DNA of 64,000 nt from Acanthaster planci (taxonomy: Eukaryota). The stretch covers positions 186,001-250,000 of the forward strand of contig NW_019091357.1 of assembly GCF_001949145.1 (NCBI RefSeq). The letters are read 5' to 3'. Positions 12,501 to 27,500 of the stretch are shown piece by piece. The position numbers and the translations under genes were made by a program. Every line of letters starts with the position of its first letter. Positions within the stretch are counted from its first letter, which is position 1. The notes beneath the pieces were generated by a model. It worked only from the letters and a program-made list of their open reading frames with translations. It had not been told where the DNA came from and did not search any database.

Positions 12501-15500
12501 TTTGTAATTATTTGCACACTTTTATTTGCAAGGTACTGCACGTATACAGGTTGTAGTCAACATGATTTAAGGAACGAATTTGTATTAACAATTATTTCAA
12601 ACTTACTTTATATAGAAACTTAAAAACTTTAATTTGATTTCTGGTTTCTTTAAGAGCATACTTGCAGCTTTACACTCATTTTGTGATACATCATTACCTG
12701 TGGAAAAATGTGGCGTAACGGTTAGGTTTGTAGCTTCTGATTATAGGGTTGGTGGTTCAAATCCTAGCAGGTGGTTACATGTTGTGACCTTGGGGAAGTC
12801 ACTTTAAACATCTACATGCCTCTCTTCAGCCAGGTGTAAATGGGTACCTCTGAGGTCATCACTGCGATGGTGGAGAGCTTTTTGTCCCCGGTGGTAATCC
12901 GCTTTCTCTAAATGCTTCAAACCATGGTATACTGTTTCAAAACAAGGCTGGATTATCTCCACTATTGAGAGCAAAAAAAGTTGGTAATGCCCAGCAGCTC
13001 TGTCTTTTGTGCTGAGCACGGTCTTTTGTTATAAGGCCCAACTCTTTCGTCCCAGTTCCGGGCTCCCCGGCTCTGCATATAAAGCCTATTTACACGAAAA
13101 CGGGTCGCCCAACAGGAAGTGGTTAATAAATGCTTTTATATTATCATAATTATTGTTACATAAAAGTGTTGAATTGTGTTGTTTGATGTCTTTCCCAGCA
13201 TTCGCCTGATAGTGGATGACATTGTTGCTAGAGCAGGCAGACTTCCTGGAAGTGAAGGCTTAATTCCAGTAACTTCACCTCTGTACATCGGCAGTGTGCC
13301 TACTTCAGTCAGGCTAGGCCCTGCGTTACAGAGCATGCGCGCACTCACAGGCTGTGTCAAAGACCTGGTCATTATGGGAAAGTGAGCAGTGCTCTGATTT
13401 TTTTATTATTACTCGGTCCAACTTTCTGAGATTTATTAGATTGTGGAAAACTTCCTGGTCTGATCCAAACCAATGTTGGGCATTTTGTATCGCAACTTTT
13501 TATTATCTGTGTTTTTTCATTTTTTATTTATGCTGGATACTCATTTTAAAGTCATTTTGATCACTCAAGGATAAATTAGAACTTAAGTAAAGGAGTTTTA
13601 TAGGTGAAACAGCATTCGGGAAAAATTCCAGTTGTAGATGTATGTTTACACTACATATTGTAAACGTTTATTTGACAGATTGGTTGGTTTTGAGTCAGCA
13701 AGCTCCTTCAGTAATGCGACTATCGGGAAATGTGGTACTCTAACACCACTCCCACCAGAAGATATTACCCAGGGTAAATTGCTGCAGTATATTTAAGGGG
13801 GCCTCAAACTCCTAATACCTTTCTTTCCTGAAATTTAGTATGTATTTGTAATTTAGTGTGGCCATTGGTATCTATAAGATTTTCAGGCAATGGGAATACC
13901 AAAGATAAAACTAATAATCCTTCAATTAAAAACAGTTCCTTGTTGCATGATAAACTTTTAGGTTCCATCCAATTTGGCAGAGACTTTGCAAAGGGGATTC
14001 AAACTCTCATCAAATACAAGAAGGATTGCTATTTATTAATCAGTTAGGAATGATGGGGTTTAAATGCTGCTTCAGTCCGTCCCAAAGTCTTAAAAGTTGC
14101 CTTATCTGCGCTTGCACCTTCTAAATTTATTGCTGTAATTTGTGTCTTTTTACTTAAACATCTTGCTGTGGCTTTGAGTCTAATAGACCTAAAACATAAT
14201 GACATCACATTTGCTTACATATGCACTTGGAGGCTCAATAGATACCATCCCACTTCACTGCCATAGGAAAGCACACATGTAAACAAAACGTGACTTTATG
14301 TTTGAGGTCTATTCAATCCCATCCTTTGCCCTTGTCCTTCCCCAATGAATTTCCTCTTCCCCGATCCTTTTGTATAGAGTCCACTGATCCTCCCGCCATG
14401 CATGATTCTCCCGCTATGCCAGGTTAGTCTTGGTTTCAGTTTGTTTGGCTGTCTGTAATTTAGCAAAATGCTCAGCTCTTAATATTTGTCATGTAGCAAA
14501 TTAGTTAATCAGCCACAACTTTCTAGCTGAAGAAAATTGTAGGAAGGGCTGTGAAGCACTGGCAATGAATATGAACAGTATGGTAAATATGAAAAGCAAT
14601 AAGGTTCAAAAGTATGGGAATTATATTGTTGAGTACTGCTTTTCAAATTTTCTGTACTGATTTTTTGTATTATTTCTGGCTTTTTTTTAAATTCAAGATG
14701 ATATCGATTTATACTGATTCTAATTTTAGCCAATGTAGCCAGCTTGGTGGTGAGGTGGTTGTTATTTCATGCATCTGAGTTCCAACCACTATATTTTATA
14801 CAAGACATGTGCATATTTAGAAAACCTTGTGTTATATTTACTGAATACTGATTAACACTAGATGTAAATTTTGACAGGTGAGGTTGAAAACGTAACAGAG
14901 CCGAGTCCAGCTACCACCCCTTCACCGATGGGCTGTGCTGTAACTAAGGAACCATCTATCATTGCCAATGCTGTAAGATTTGGCTTATCAATGGATAGTC
15001 ACATCCAGCTGGCCATTGACCCACTACAATTCGGCAAAGTGTAAGTATTGTCCTTCTAGCTGTCCGTGGCCTGGAAAAAACGTTTTTATTTGACACATGC
15101 AGCAGTAACTGGAATGCTGTCATTGTCCTATGCTTGGCCTTGTAACTGAGATTCAAAAGGGATACGGATCCACCCTTTGAGAGCATCAAACTTTACTTTT
15201 GAAATAAAGGACACAACTCATCATAATAACTAACAAACAAAACAGTCCTTTCTTTCCTTCCAAGTAGCCATCCACTTTCCCCTCATTAGTTGCTGTCCCT
15301 TAATTATTGCAGTCACATCGACCTTTTTTAAAGTTGAAACTTTCAGTGCTGTTCATGTCATCATTAACCTTCACATTCTTTCTGATGACGTTATTTCTGG
15401 AGGACGAGAAATACTCTTCATGGTTCTGACATTGATCAGTGGGAATAGCCTGCAGCAAAACATCATGCATCATAATGAATTTTGAAGCTAAGGACAAAAT

Positions 15501-18500
15501 ATAAAGGATTACTGTTTTATGTGCATTAAGGTCTTGTTCATTATCAGTATGTAATATATATAACATCATGTACTGTGTGCTTCTCATGGGGGGGCATTTA
15601 AGCATTCTTTTCTTCCTCATGAGATAATTGCATCCCTAGCTTGGTTACTCAACATCTCAGGGTTAGAGAACGCCTACGGTTGATGGAGGCTATAAGTTAT
15701 GAAAGGTCTCTGAGCGAAGCATTCACATTGCTAACGTCAGCAAGTCACAGGATGTTCTCATGATTTGTTTGTGAGGTAAAGTGCGTCACTGATTTCATCC
15801 ACTCATGTGTTGTAGGTTATCCCTGAAATAGACCATCGTTGTGGCTTTCATCAATTTTGCAATATTCTCTGTCCTACTTTAAAATATGGTTAACTTTACT
15901 GGAACATGTCAAGGCAGTTGAAGATTATAAATCTATTGGTGTTATGGGCCCCGTCATGTAACTAAGAGAGGAACAATCTCTCTCAGGAGATGTCCTCTAC
16001 ATGTGTGCTTGTTCTCACACATCTATTATGGAAGACATAAATCTGAGGCATGATATAACTCAGGTGCACTTTAGTAGTACTATTAGGGAGTCTCCTCAGA
16101 TCATCGTCTTGCCATTAATGAGGGGTCACTTGTGTACAGAGCAGATACATAATTTGAACCTTCTATGTAGGGATGTAGATTATGATTGTCCCCGCTGTCA
16201 GTGTTAACTGGTCATAATTGTGTACTGAATGACAGCACCCCTTACCAATGCATATATCATCAGAAATAAGTTGTGATGCAGAAATGTTGCTTTAAGATTC
16301 ACCGTCACAGGTTTATATGCATGCTTTGCAAATACCTCATCCTTAATGAGACAAGGACTTTGGAAAGCATACGTCCATTAGAGGTGCAAGCAAGGACATA
16401 CAACTGATTAGAATCTGCTGACCAAAACAAGTGCATTAGTACAGTGTACAGTGACCCTTGCCATACCAGCCAAGGGTGAATCTTTAACCAGTATTTGGTG
16501 GAGTGGCCCAACTTTTGGGAGGAGAGGGCAAAAATAGAAATCTTTTTATGTAACTTTGTGTGACCTTTGCGGGGGGCTTTTTACATGTTGTTGGATGGAA
16601 GGAAAAATGGGCAGGTAAATTTCTTTCCTTATTTTTCAGAAAAAAAGGTTTTCTCTTTCTGCCTTTTTAGGGAGCCAATCCACCCATGGCACCAATGCAC
16701 ATATTTAATTGAATTATGGATTTGCGCTATCCCATAGACTTGGTTTAAATCATAGATGCTTCATATAGCCCATAGCCAATATCATGTCCTCTTTGTTGAC
16801 TTAATAAGCTCCAGCCTCAAAGCCAAAATATTTACATCTGATTTTTCAAGGGCAGCAACCTTCCTGTTTTAGGCCACCTTTCAGACACAAGAAATGAATA
16901 CTTAGCAGTGGACTGTCTGTCTAACATGAATCGCTGCAGTGCCCCAAACACCGAAAACGTGTTACGCAACAGATGAACAAAGTTGATTAAAGTGACAGAT
17001 TATTTATCAGTCTCACTTTCTGTGTTGCAGAAGAACATAATTATCTTCAAAATTTGGTTATTGCCACCGTAGGGAAACTAATTCCATCCCCCTTAATTTT
17101 TTAAAAATACACTCTGCAATTAGGCCTTTGATCTGTTGATCTATGCTGTGATCCACATATTTTAAACTTACATCCTCAATGATTCTCCCAGTGTGGGATA
17201 TCAATTTATTTGTACACGTATTTAAAAAAAGGGGGCTTGTGTAAGTCATCCCATATCAGATTTCCCTTCCCCAGGAAGAGAAGCCCTCAAAATCCTCTCA
17301 TGTCAATATTCCTCATTATGTCAAATGTTTCATGTTCATCAAGGTTGCCATGTAGGCCTGTATTGCATTAGTATAACGTAACTGTAGATGTCACTGCATG
17401 AATAAGTTAGCCTTCCATGTTGATTGGATTGAATGGGGAACATAATCAGAACAATTCTCCATTTTCAATAACAGTTTTTAAGGCAGCTGCGCCTATCCTG
17501 CATTTGTAAGCAGTTGCTTGAGAAGAGTTCAGACTTCTGTGATGGGGTAAACTTGCAATCTTTCATTTCATATTGTTTTCCTGTCTTTCCTGCACTTCAA
17601 AGACTGGAATAAAAATACTATAAATATAAAATTATGACTTTACACTTCAAACCTCCAAGCAGAATCTTTCCAGCCAAACATTGTAAATAATTTGAATCTT
17701 GAAATACAAGAAGCTATATTGTATTGTACTGTGTGATTCGGCACAGTTCTCCATCGACAAATAGCGAGTATATAATTAGGCTGAGTCTTTATGTCTTCCC
17801 TGGCTTACCTTAATTACTACACAGTGAGAGGGAATGGGATCAGGCTTCATTTCCTGTCCTGTTAAGACAGACAGAGTGGTTAGAAGATGATGTAAATTGA
17901 TTTGCTGCTGTTAATGGCTTCTCTTGATGATAGCCTCACCTTGGTGCAATGAATCTGTTGGCACACTCACTGGCAATGACAACAGCAACTATGGTCTTCC
18001 AAATTGAACTTTATAAGATTGAAAAAATAATTGATTTCTGGATATTTTGTAAAATCGTGGGGGAAATTAGGAAAGATTTTCCAAAGAAAGCACAGTCAGT
18101 AAAAAGCAGTTGATGAGAAAGCAAAGTAATTTCAAAGAAATTGCCAGTGTCTTTTCAAACACACACAAAAAAATCATTACTCAAATTAAAACAACTGTCT
18201 ATAGAACAAAAAATTGTTTATTTCATTTAAATTTTTAAAACAAGTTTTTACAATATCCATACCCATGATGATCGTAACATTTATAACATCATTTAAGCTC
18301 CCTTTTTTGGGCAGAGTACATGTAAGTAAGGTATCGCAGCTAAAATTGTAAAATGCTTATATAAGTTTATTTATCACAGAGGTTTTCTCCTTGTGCTCAG
18401 CTCATTAATACAATTTTTGCAAGCTTCAACTAAACAATGCTATGTAACATTTATATGTAGCGTGCTTTCAGTTTTAGCTGTCACAAGTGTATTCTGACTT

Positions 18501-21500
18501 ACAGTATCACAGATATTTCAGCATTGATATACATCAGCACCATTTTGTTTCTCAATCACCGTTTTCCTCTTCCAGTCGAGAATAGTAAAAAATTCACTGA
18601 TTTAGATAAATTTCAGGAGATGCTATTTCTGTGGAAACATTCATGGCATGCACCATTGAAAAATACATCATGGATCTTGGATATACTAAGCAAGAGATTC
18701 ACTTGTTTGATAACACAAATTTTGATATACAGATATTAGTCTCATCTGCAGTTTTAGACCATTGTTAAAGTTAAACTGTTAGAGTGATGTTTAATCTTGT
18801 CATAAGTGTCCAAAAGACCAACTTTCAAAAACACACACATAACTTGATACATAATACACAACCATGTCCAGTTTGATAACCAAATTTCTGTGACCTGTGC
18901 AGTCTGTCTACAAATGAGGCAGGTTTACATATACTTAACTCCAAATTCCTGTTGACAGCTCATATTTCACAGATTCTAAAGTCCTTACAAGCAATATTAA
19001 CAGTCGTATAACTTCCGGGGGGCCCATCACAAAGTAGGTTCACATAATGAGCCCAATAAACACAACAAAATTTTGGGGCAAATTTTCAAATTTTTATTTT
19101 AGCGTAATTATTGCAGATTAGTTTCAGTGGAATTTTTGTCGAATTTTTTATACTTATTACCACATTCCTACCACAGCATTTCACTAAAAATACATTTTCT
19201 TTACCCAATGACATCACAAGGAAACTCAACTTTACATTTTAAAACGGTTATTATGTTGACTGTGAACTGCATTCATGGGTGTCATAATATCAGTCCATCA
19301 TCTTTTGGATGGCTGCTTGAACTGCCTGTTTTATGATTATGTCACCTTTTAACCCTCTATCCCAGCCCATCACGCCCCATCTTACTATATCCACCTGCCC
19401 CTCTGGTGTAAAATTTTTAGAAGGAAAACAAAAGCTGACAGTAGTTCAATATTCTCTCCATGCCCATGCATTGGTTGCCCAGCTTCTCTCATCTCTTCTC
19501 TCTCTTTCAAAACTAATAAAGGGCACATAGGACACCAACCATATCAAGAGTTTCAACAAATCATGTCATTTCCAAAAGAATTCAGATTATTTCAAATAAT
19601 TCATCTTCTTTGAAAGCCCAACATCCTCTCCAAATTTGTTTTCCTGAGGTTCTCATCACCTTTATTCACTCAGTTGCATCTTTTTATTTGTCTTTGTAAT
19701 GCTTCACTACAGTTGACTTTCTCTACATTCGTTCACGCCAGAAAGATTGGAGTTTGAAACTTTCACTTCAGTGTTTACACAACGATAAGGTGACAAAAGT
19801 GTAGCTGGATAATTAGATGAGTTTCTTTTTGGACAATGAAGCAACTTGCTAAATGCGTCCTTGAAATCTTTGTTGAACTTAGTGTAGAGAATGGGATTGA
19901 CCATGGAGTTGAAATAACCAAGCCACAGAAAAAGGCTCTGCCAGAATGCCGGCAGGTGGCACTGCTGGCAAAATGGAATCACCAACGCAGTGATGAAAAA
20001 CGGTAGCCAGCAAATGAGAAAAGTACCTGTGACGATGGCTAAGGTCTTGACAGCTTTCTGCTCCCTAGCTGAGGCTAGATTGCGTCGTTGAATTATACGC
20101 CGTTGTATGAGTGGAGAACAGGGCACATTGAGAGTTGATTGGCTGCCGTGACCCTGACATTCAGTAATAGATATTGAGATGCACCTGCCATGGGTGGGAG
20201 ATGGTTGGGTGCATTGAGTTCGAAGTGGGGATTGTAGAATGGATGCATCAGGTTTCAATGAGCCAGGGCTAGACTTGCGTCTTTGGCCATTGAATCTCAT
20301 GGACTTCTTCATTATTGGGGTTGTACTTCCTAATTCACCAATCATTGGTTCGCTGTTAGAGATTCGTCTTAAGAAAGAAGATATTTTTCTGGGGAAATCA
20401 GCTGTTGATCTTCTGTCTGGTGTTCCAGAAGATGATGCTAACGGTGTCTGGACCAGGTTTTTGGTCCCATGAATGCGCTTGCGTGCTTCAACAAAGATGC
20501 GTATGTAAACCACCAGCATAATCGTCATGGGAATAAAAAAGGCACCAAATGTGGAGAAGATTGTGTAGACTTGATTTTGAGTGATCATGCACGTCTTTGG
20601 GTCTGGATTGTCTGTGCGCCAGCCAAAAAGTGGAGTGATTGATATCATCACAGAGATGATCCACACTATTGCAATCATGGCCAGCATTCGTGATGATGTA
20701 CGTTTCAGTTTGTACTTCAGTGGCTTGGTGATAGCCCAGTAGCGATCCAGTGCAATGACACAGAGATTTAATATACTAGCTGTGCAACACAAGACATCCA
20801 ATGAGATCCAGATATCACAGACAACTGCACCAAACTTCCATTCCACCGTCAGCTCTTGAGTGAGGCTAAGTGGCATTACTACCAAGCCAACCATGAGATC
20901 TGCCACGGCCAAGGAAGCAATGAGATAAACTGGCGGAGTTTGGAGTGGGCGGTGCTTAATAACAGCAATCAGGATCATAATGTTACCAAAGATCACACAC
21001 AGGATCATCAAACTAAGTCCCACCAACAAAATCCACTCCCTTGATGTGAAGTTCAAAGCTCGCATCATTGTGTCTGATGTGTTTCTTGAAAAGTTAGATT
21101 CAGTAAAATTCAGTGTGAAAGTTGTGACTTCACCCATTGTTGTTCTCTATGCTCATCGACGATCACAGATGATGACAGTATTTAATGTAAAGCCACTGGT
21201 CGTTTTAATTCAGTACAATGTATCAGATAAACAAGTGGTTGTTGATTGAGCCAGTTTTCATCATGTTTGTCACGGTATTAGGAATTTTTTCATTTGCGTT
21301 CTTTCTTCCTGGAGTTATTTTTACACGGTGGCATCTATGATTGCAGAGGTAGTGTTGGTTGGTGATTGGTTGCCATATGGTTACATTTTACAGGAAACTC
21401 GCAGTTCACCTTGTTTTCATGTTTCCTGTCCAATATCAACTTTCAGCATTTCTTACTTTTCCCTGTGTGTAAAAACAACCATTTTGTTAAGTGATAATAA

Positions 21501-24500
21501 TAAGTATGTGTGCTTCTTGATGATGCGGGGAGCAAGCCCTCATGAGAAGATTCAAAACAGTTTAACAGTGTAACCCCACACGCACACGCAAAATCACACA
21601 CAAAATCTCACAATGCAAACATTCTTCACCTGCTATATCAGTCAATTGGCTGCACTCTAGTTGTCAGTTTGACGATGCAGTTTGCTCTGAAGGTGCCTCT
21701 GATGTTTATATCAGTCTGTGTGGAATCACAGTCAGCAATCTTGTACAGGTGTTGAACTAACTTCAGTCAGCACAGACAGCCAAACATTCACCAACATGAT
21801 CAAGGATGTCCTTCAGGAGTCACACTGAAAAAGCTGCCACCCTGTGTCAATTCAGATTTGGAAGTGGAATGTTGATGCTTCTTTTCATCAGAAAGACAAA
21901 TGTAATGCCTTGGTTTGCAGGGTGCAACAAAGCAGCATGATCCTTCCCACATAAGTGTGTGCAAACAACTGGCCCATCTCATGTTTAACTCTTTATCTGT
22001 AGGTGTTGCAATCCTGAACCTTGAATGCACTTACATCGTGTGCATTGCTTGCACTAAGTTAATGATGCATGAATAAAAGCTTGCATTAACTCAAGTGTAA
22101 AATACCAGACTTTTCCCTCTTTTTTGTGCATTAGTATGGTAAGGCTTACTTTAGAATTGTCATTTAATCTGGCTTCCTGCAGGAAAGTCGTTTTCCCACA
22201 AATTGTAATACTCGAGATAGCCAACTTAAGTGTACTCGTAGCAACTATAAGATTTACGAATACCATTCTCCAGGTCAAAGAAATTCAATCAGCCTAGGGA
22301 AGCCTTAGAATTTAAAGGAAGGACTGAGGTATACCCTATGTAATTGGAAAGTGACACCCTACGTTTGCAATCATTCATTAACAATAATAAACAACTCAGG
22401 CACACTGTTTTATTCTATCGTAAACACCCTATGGAAGTACAGTCTTTCATACATAACAGTTCTTTTCAATTGAGTTTATCTCTGTTGTGACTAATGATAC
22501 GATTCTCAGTGCTGTTTATTGAAAGGACATTTAACAGGCTTCAGGTTGGATTCGAACCCTCATCCTCTCAAATTCAGTCTGCAGTTTGTTGATTGCTGAG
22601 ATCAGAGCCTACATAACTGTGATAATACAACTGATTTTCTTCACATGCAGTGTTTATGTTACGCTCCTGGAAAAGTAATACTTTTTATTCTATTTTCAGT
22701 TTTATGGGTTATATAACTACCCTCAAATTTTCAAGATGTATTTTTTTGCATTGGGGAGAAGTTAACCCTCAAATTGTCAAGGATATTCACTGATTTGTGT
22801 CACATGTAGAAATACAATGGCACCTTTGGTACCAGTTTATTCGCTTGGCAAGGCTTTGATTTCGTGCTAATCAGTAATCATTTGTATATGCATATGATGT
22901 ACTGAATGAGCAGTTTAACTCTGAAGACTATCAGTCAAATAAATCATGCTTCTAACTCTGTGGCATGGAAAATCTAATTCAATCTTTCTCTGTATTAGTA
23001 CCGCATCAGGAACACTCAGTTAAATAGTCCCATTGACAGCTATAGCCTGCCTTTTCCAATTAAAATGAGCAAACAAGACTGCAATTACGATCTCCTATGA
23101 TGACTGTGGTTGCATTGTGTTAAACAGGTAATGTTTATATTATAAAGGAACAGCCTGCTTATCTTCTCCATTAGTCTACCTTTGATTCACTTGATTGCTC
23201 TGTGATTCAGAATGCTCCTTGCAATATGAAAAATCCTGACATAAAAAACTGCAGAGTTTCTCAAACAACTGCAATGCTTGTACTTAACATTATGAAGCTT
23301 AAACAGACAGCTGCACAAAAAGTTGTTACCATTATCTTTCTTCATCTATAATACAGAATTCATATAGCTTAAATTGATTTAAAGAATGCTGTGTGATATG
23401 GCCAAAGAAGTACAGCTATCCGGTAAATCTCATCAAAGTACATCTAATAGCAAATTTGACTTTAATTGTATTGTTAAAGTCGTCTACTTAGTTCGCTGTA
23501 GGAAAAAGACCTTAAAGGTACAGTTTCATGTTTTCGAAAAAGTATTACTTACAAAAAAGTTACACTAAAAATAAAAGCAGTGACATGAAATTTGTCTTAC
23601 CTTTTAGATCATCTAATGCTGCAATGATGAAATACAGCTGTCCAGTTGAATAAAGATGACTAGAATGTGAACACTGTTCAGAGAAGCAGTGACCACATTT
23701 ACTTTTGCTTGAAGAACTGCGGCCCATTCACAGGGGAATGTCTGTCCTTTCTTTCTTGGCAGTTGTATTTAGCCTGCTCTGTCCTTTCTCTATGGTCAGC
23801 AGAAGGACCTTGTTCATCCACCTGATCAACTGTTCCCTTGTGGTCTTTGGAATTGCTGCAGATAATTAGCCTGTTAATGAATACATGTCCTCAGTGTGTT
23901 ACCTCAAGGATCCCTCAAGAGAAAGTGTGTATCAGTCGTTTCTTACGAGCAACCTAGAATTGTATGCAGCTAAGAAACATATAGTTGGATCTCAGAAGAG
24001 AGACCAATTCAGCCTAACTCTGATGATCATTTGAACCAGTTACCACACTTTGCTAGTGACAAGTTGATTTATATAGAGTATCTAACAACTGAAGTAGATC
24101 ATGCTTGTGGAAGTACACTTTGAGAGCCATTTAAGTAGCAATCTTATATTCAATTTTTTTCAGTGACTCATTCGATTCGTTAACACGCCCCACTCTTGAT
24201 TTGGACTTGTCCATTTTGAAGCACAGTTCAGTGTTGGGTTGTTCCATAAAGATTTGCATGAGAACTCTTACATGTACATGAAGGGTTTTGAAGGCCGAGG
24301 AAAACACTAGATGCTTTGTTGGCTCATTAAATCATGCATGGCCATTAGCAGATTATTTTGTTTGGCTAGAGCTCCAGTCTTCAGCAAAAGAAAACAAGAT
24401 TTCACAAATAACATGTAGAGCTCATATTGGATATCCTTGTCTTTCCAGGAAAAAAACAAGAATTTGTATGTGGTACCATTCAAAGAAGTATGATCTTGTT

Positions 24501-27500
24501 CTCATGTGTTTGTAAATTTTAATTGAATATTGACAAATTCTGGGCAAAACACACCATATCAAAATTCTTCAGGTCTGTCCGGGTTACGTCATTAAGTTTC
24601 GACCAATCAGATTGGCCATCATCTCGATGAAGACCAACTTTCTCGGGGGACGGTATACTTTGATCCAAACGGACTTGTCCCTAGCCGCTCAGGGACTCTC
24701 CGGCATGCTATGTGACGTCTGAGGAGGAGGGCGCCCTCACCTTCGGAGGGGCGTGGCGCCACAATACTTTTCAGTCTAGTTGATGGTGACTGAGATTTGA
24801 ATATGGTTTAAATATGCTTGGACATTTTATCATCTGTCATCGTCTCATTTAGCAAGAAAGCCAAATTTGAGAATTAATTATTTTTCTCTTAATGGGCTAG
24901 TTTCTTGCTTTATGCTCAGTGAAGGATATGAAGTCGGTCACACTTTCGAGAGTTGTAAGAAAGAGCTCTGTGAATGAAAGCACTGTGTACAACTTTATTT
25001 GATTAGCTTCATCAGTACTTAATCCTGTCTGAAGAAGTCCTTGATTGAAATTTGACTAAAAAGAAAAACAACCCTGTCCAAGGATTGCAGAGCAGATGGT
25101 CTTAGTGATTTTTTCTTCAATGTCCTGCCGTCACAAGTAGTCTTTTAACAATTAGATGGTAACAAGGCCACACTCTTTACAAATCAAGCCTGTGTGAAAT
25201 AGGCAGAGCTTTCTCAAACTGCTTGCCTCTTCAGGAAGTTGTCATTTATTATGTCTGGTATTTCCACCTTGAAATAGATGGACATATGCTAGGCATGCAG
25301 ACAGTCAATTAAACACAGGTTTTCTTGTTTGACCCATCTGAGAACATCAACTGTAACAGACCCTCATATTAGCGATACTAATTGAATTCTACCCAAGGAG
25401 CATTTCTTCCTTGAATTAAGCCACATATTCAAAAGAAATTCAAACATCCACACCCAGACTTGTACACCATGCCCCCCAAATATTTGCCCTCTAAAACAGT
25501 TGTCTTTATTCTGTCAGTTATGCTGTTATCTGCTTTTGACAGATGAAAACAATGGCACACTATTTCTTTAAAATTGATATTTTCACATTTTTGTGGCAAC
25601 ATTCCAACCATGGACAAATAAAGTCAAATAAACTAAATTTTACATTTCCTGAAAAAACAAACCCTTGCTTGGATTCATCTGACAAAGGAATCTTCACAAA
25701 CAAATGAGTCAATGATTTGGAGTCAAGCTTTACATTGCATAAAACTTTACCGGTAGTTTCCTGGATTTGGTTGAAATGTTCAGATTAAATTAAACTTTGT
25801 TGGCTATTTATGCCTTATTTTCTGCAGATTTTCGGTGAAAGTTGAACTACGCACTTCCTCACAGGAGGGGTTGATCTTTTACTTGGGATCGGAGAATAAC
25901 CCTAATATCTACTGTGCTATGTATCTCAAGATGGGCTATGTATTCTTCTCGTTTGATAATGGACAGAGGAATGGAAACAGAAATGTCTTGTCTCAATATG
26001 TAATTGATGATGAGCAGTGGCATGCGGTAAGTGTCAAAATTGACCGATGGAATTGAATAAGAAGCAAATGAAAATCTTTGTAGAATTCTGTGGAATCTCA
26101 ATCAAAAGTAGTCGTGTAGAAAGTGTATTGAAGAGTAATCCTGTGGAATGTATAGGGGATCATTTTTTGTCATGAATCTTGCCCGTCTTCTTTGAAATAA
26201 CATGGATATTGTGAAATGTGCAAAAATCATTGAAATCTTTGTAATGTTAATTATCAAAATAGTTATGTGAATTCCTAATGGACTCCAACTGTGAGTAATT
26301 GTAACTTCAAAAGTTTACTAATCAAAAAAGGAAACAGTCATAAAAATGAGATAATAGAACAATTAGAGAAAGACTTTCGATGATTTATATTTAACCTGTT
26401 GAAGTTTTGAACTTCTCTTTGATTTTGCCTGAACCTGTTTTTCAATGGACTAGTTGTATTGACCTTACATTGAATGCATGGAACCTTACGTAATGATTTA
26501 TATTTTTTGTCTGCTACCTGTTAGGTCGAGGTTATGAAGAATCGTAAGACGATTTCTCTTACCCTGGATACCTTTGAACCACAGAAAGACAGATTCCCAA
26601 AGAGAGTCAATGTGGTTGATTTTGACTCACCCCTTTATGTTGGTGGTCTTCCATCTGCTTACTCCAGGACTATCAATGGAATAGTAAGGAAACAATGTGT
26701 CTCGTGCATATCCTAACATTATCTATGTTCCTGAGCAAGACACAGGACTTCAAGTATTTCTGACGAGAGCAAATGATCATCTGAAATAGCCGTGGGGGGA
26801 AAGTTTTGAAATTATGTAATCAACACCAAGTCTTGCAAAAAATGTATCATTTTGCTTAGGGGTTGTCATTCGACAGACTTTTAGCTGCGAGTCAAAAAAG
26901 CATCATAATGATTTCCAGATCGTTAAATTTTTTTCTCATTTGTTTAAACTTTCTGATTTTCTCACCAGAAAATGCGAAGTTTTGAAGGCTGCATTCGCAA
27001 GATCGACTTGAACCAAATCAAGCTTGATCTAACCCAACCTCAGATCAGTAACATGGTTACGCCTTGTTTCATGAGTACAGAACCAGGGGCATACTTCCAA
27101 GGCACGGGGTATGCCATACTGGGTAAGTATACACAGAATATCTTGGATCTGGGCATCTAAGCCCTCAATCATGAATGAATCACGGGTGGAAAGGAGGAAA
27201 TCAGGTTATTAGCTTTTCACTAGATTCCATTTGCACTTTTTGTTTTAACAGCTTTTTGATGGTACATGTATTTTTTTCAGCTGAGCAGGTGGCAATGGAT
27301 GTTGATTTTGTTTTGAGCTTCAAGTTCCGAACAACGCAACAGTTTGCAGTGCTTCTGTCCGTTCAAGATGATAAAGATGGCGGTCTGGCCTTAGAAATCA
27401 TCAACAGAGAAGTAAATAGTTGTATATATGTATGAAAAAGGGCTGTGGTTGAGTCTGTGACAAATCTCTGCAAGTCCCTCACAAGTCATCTAGTATCTAG

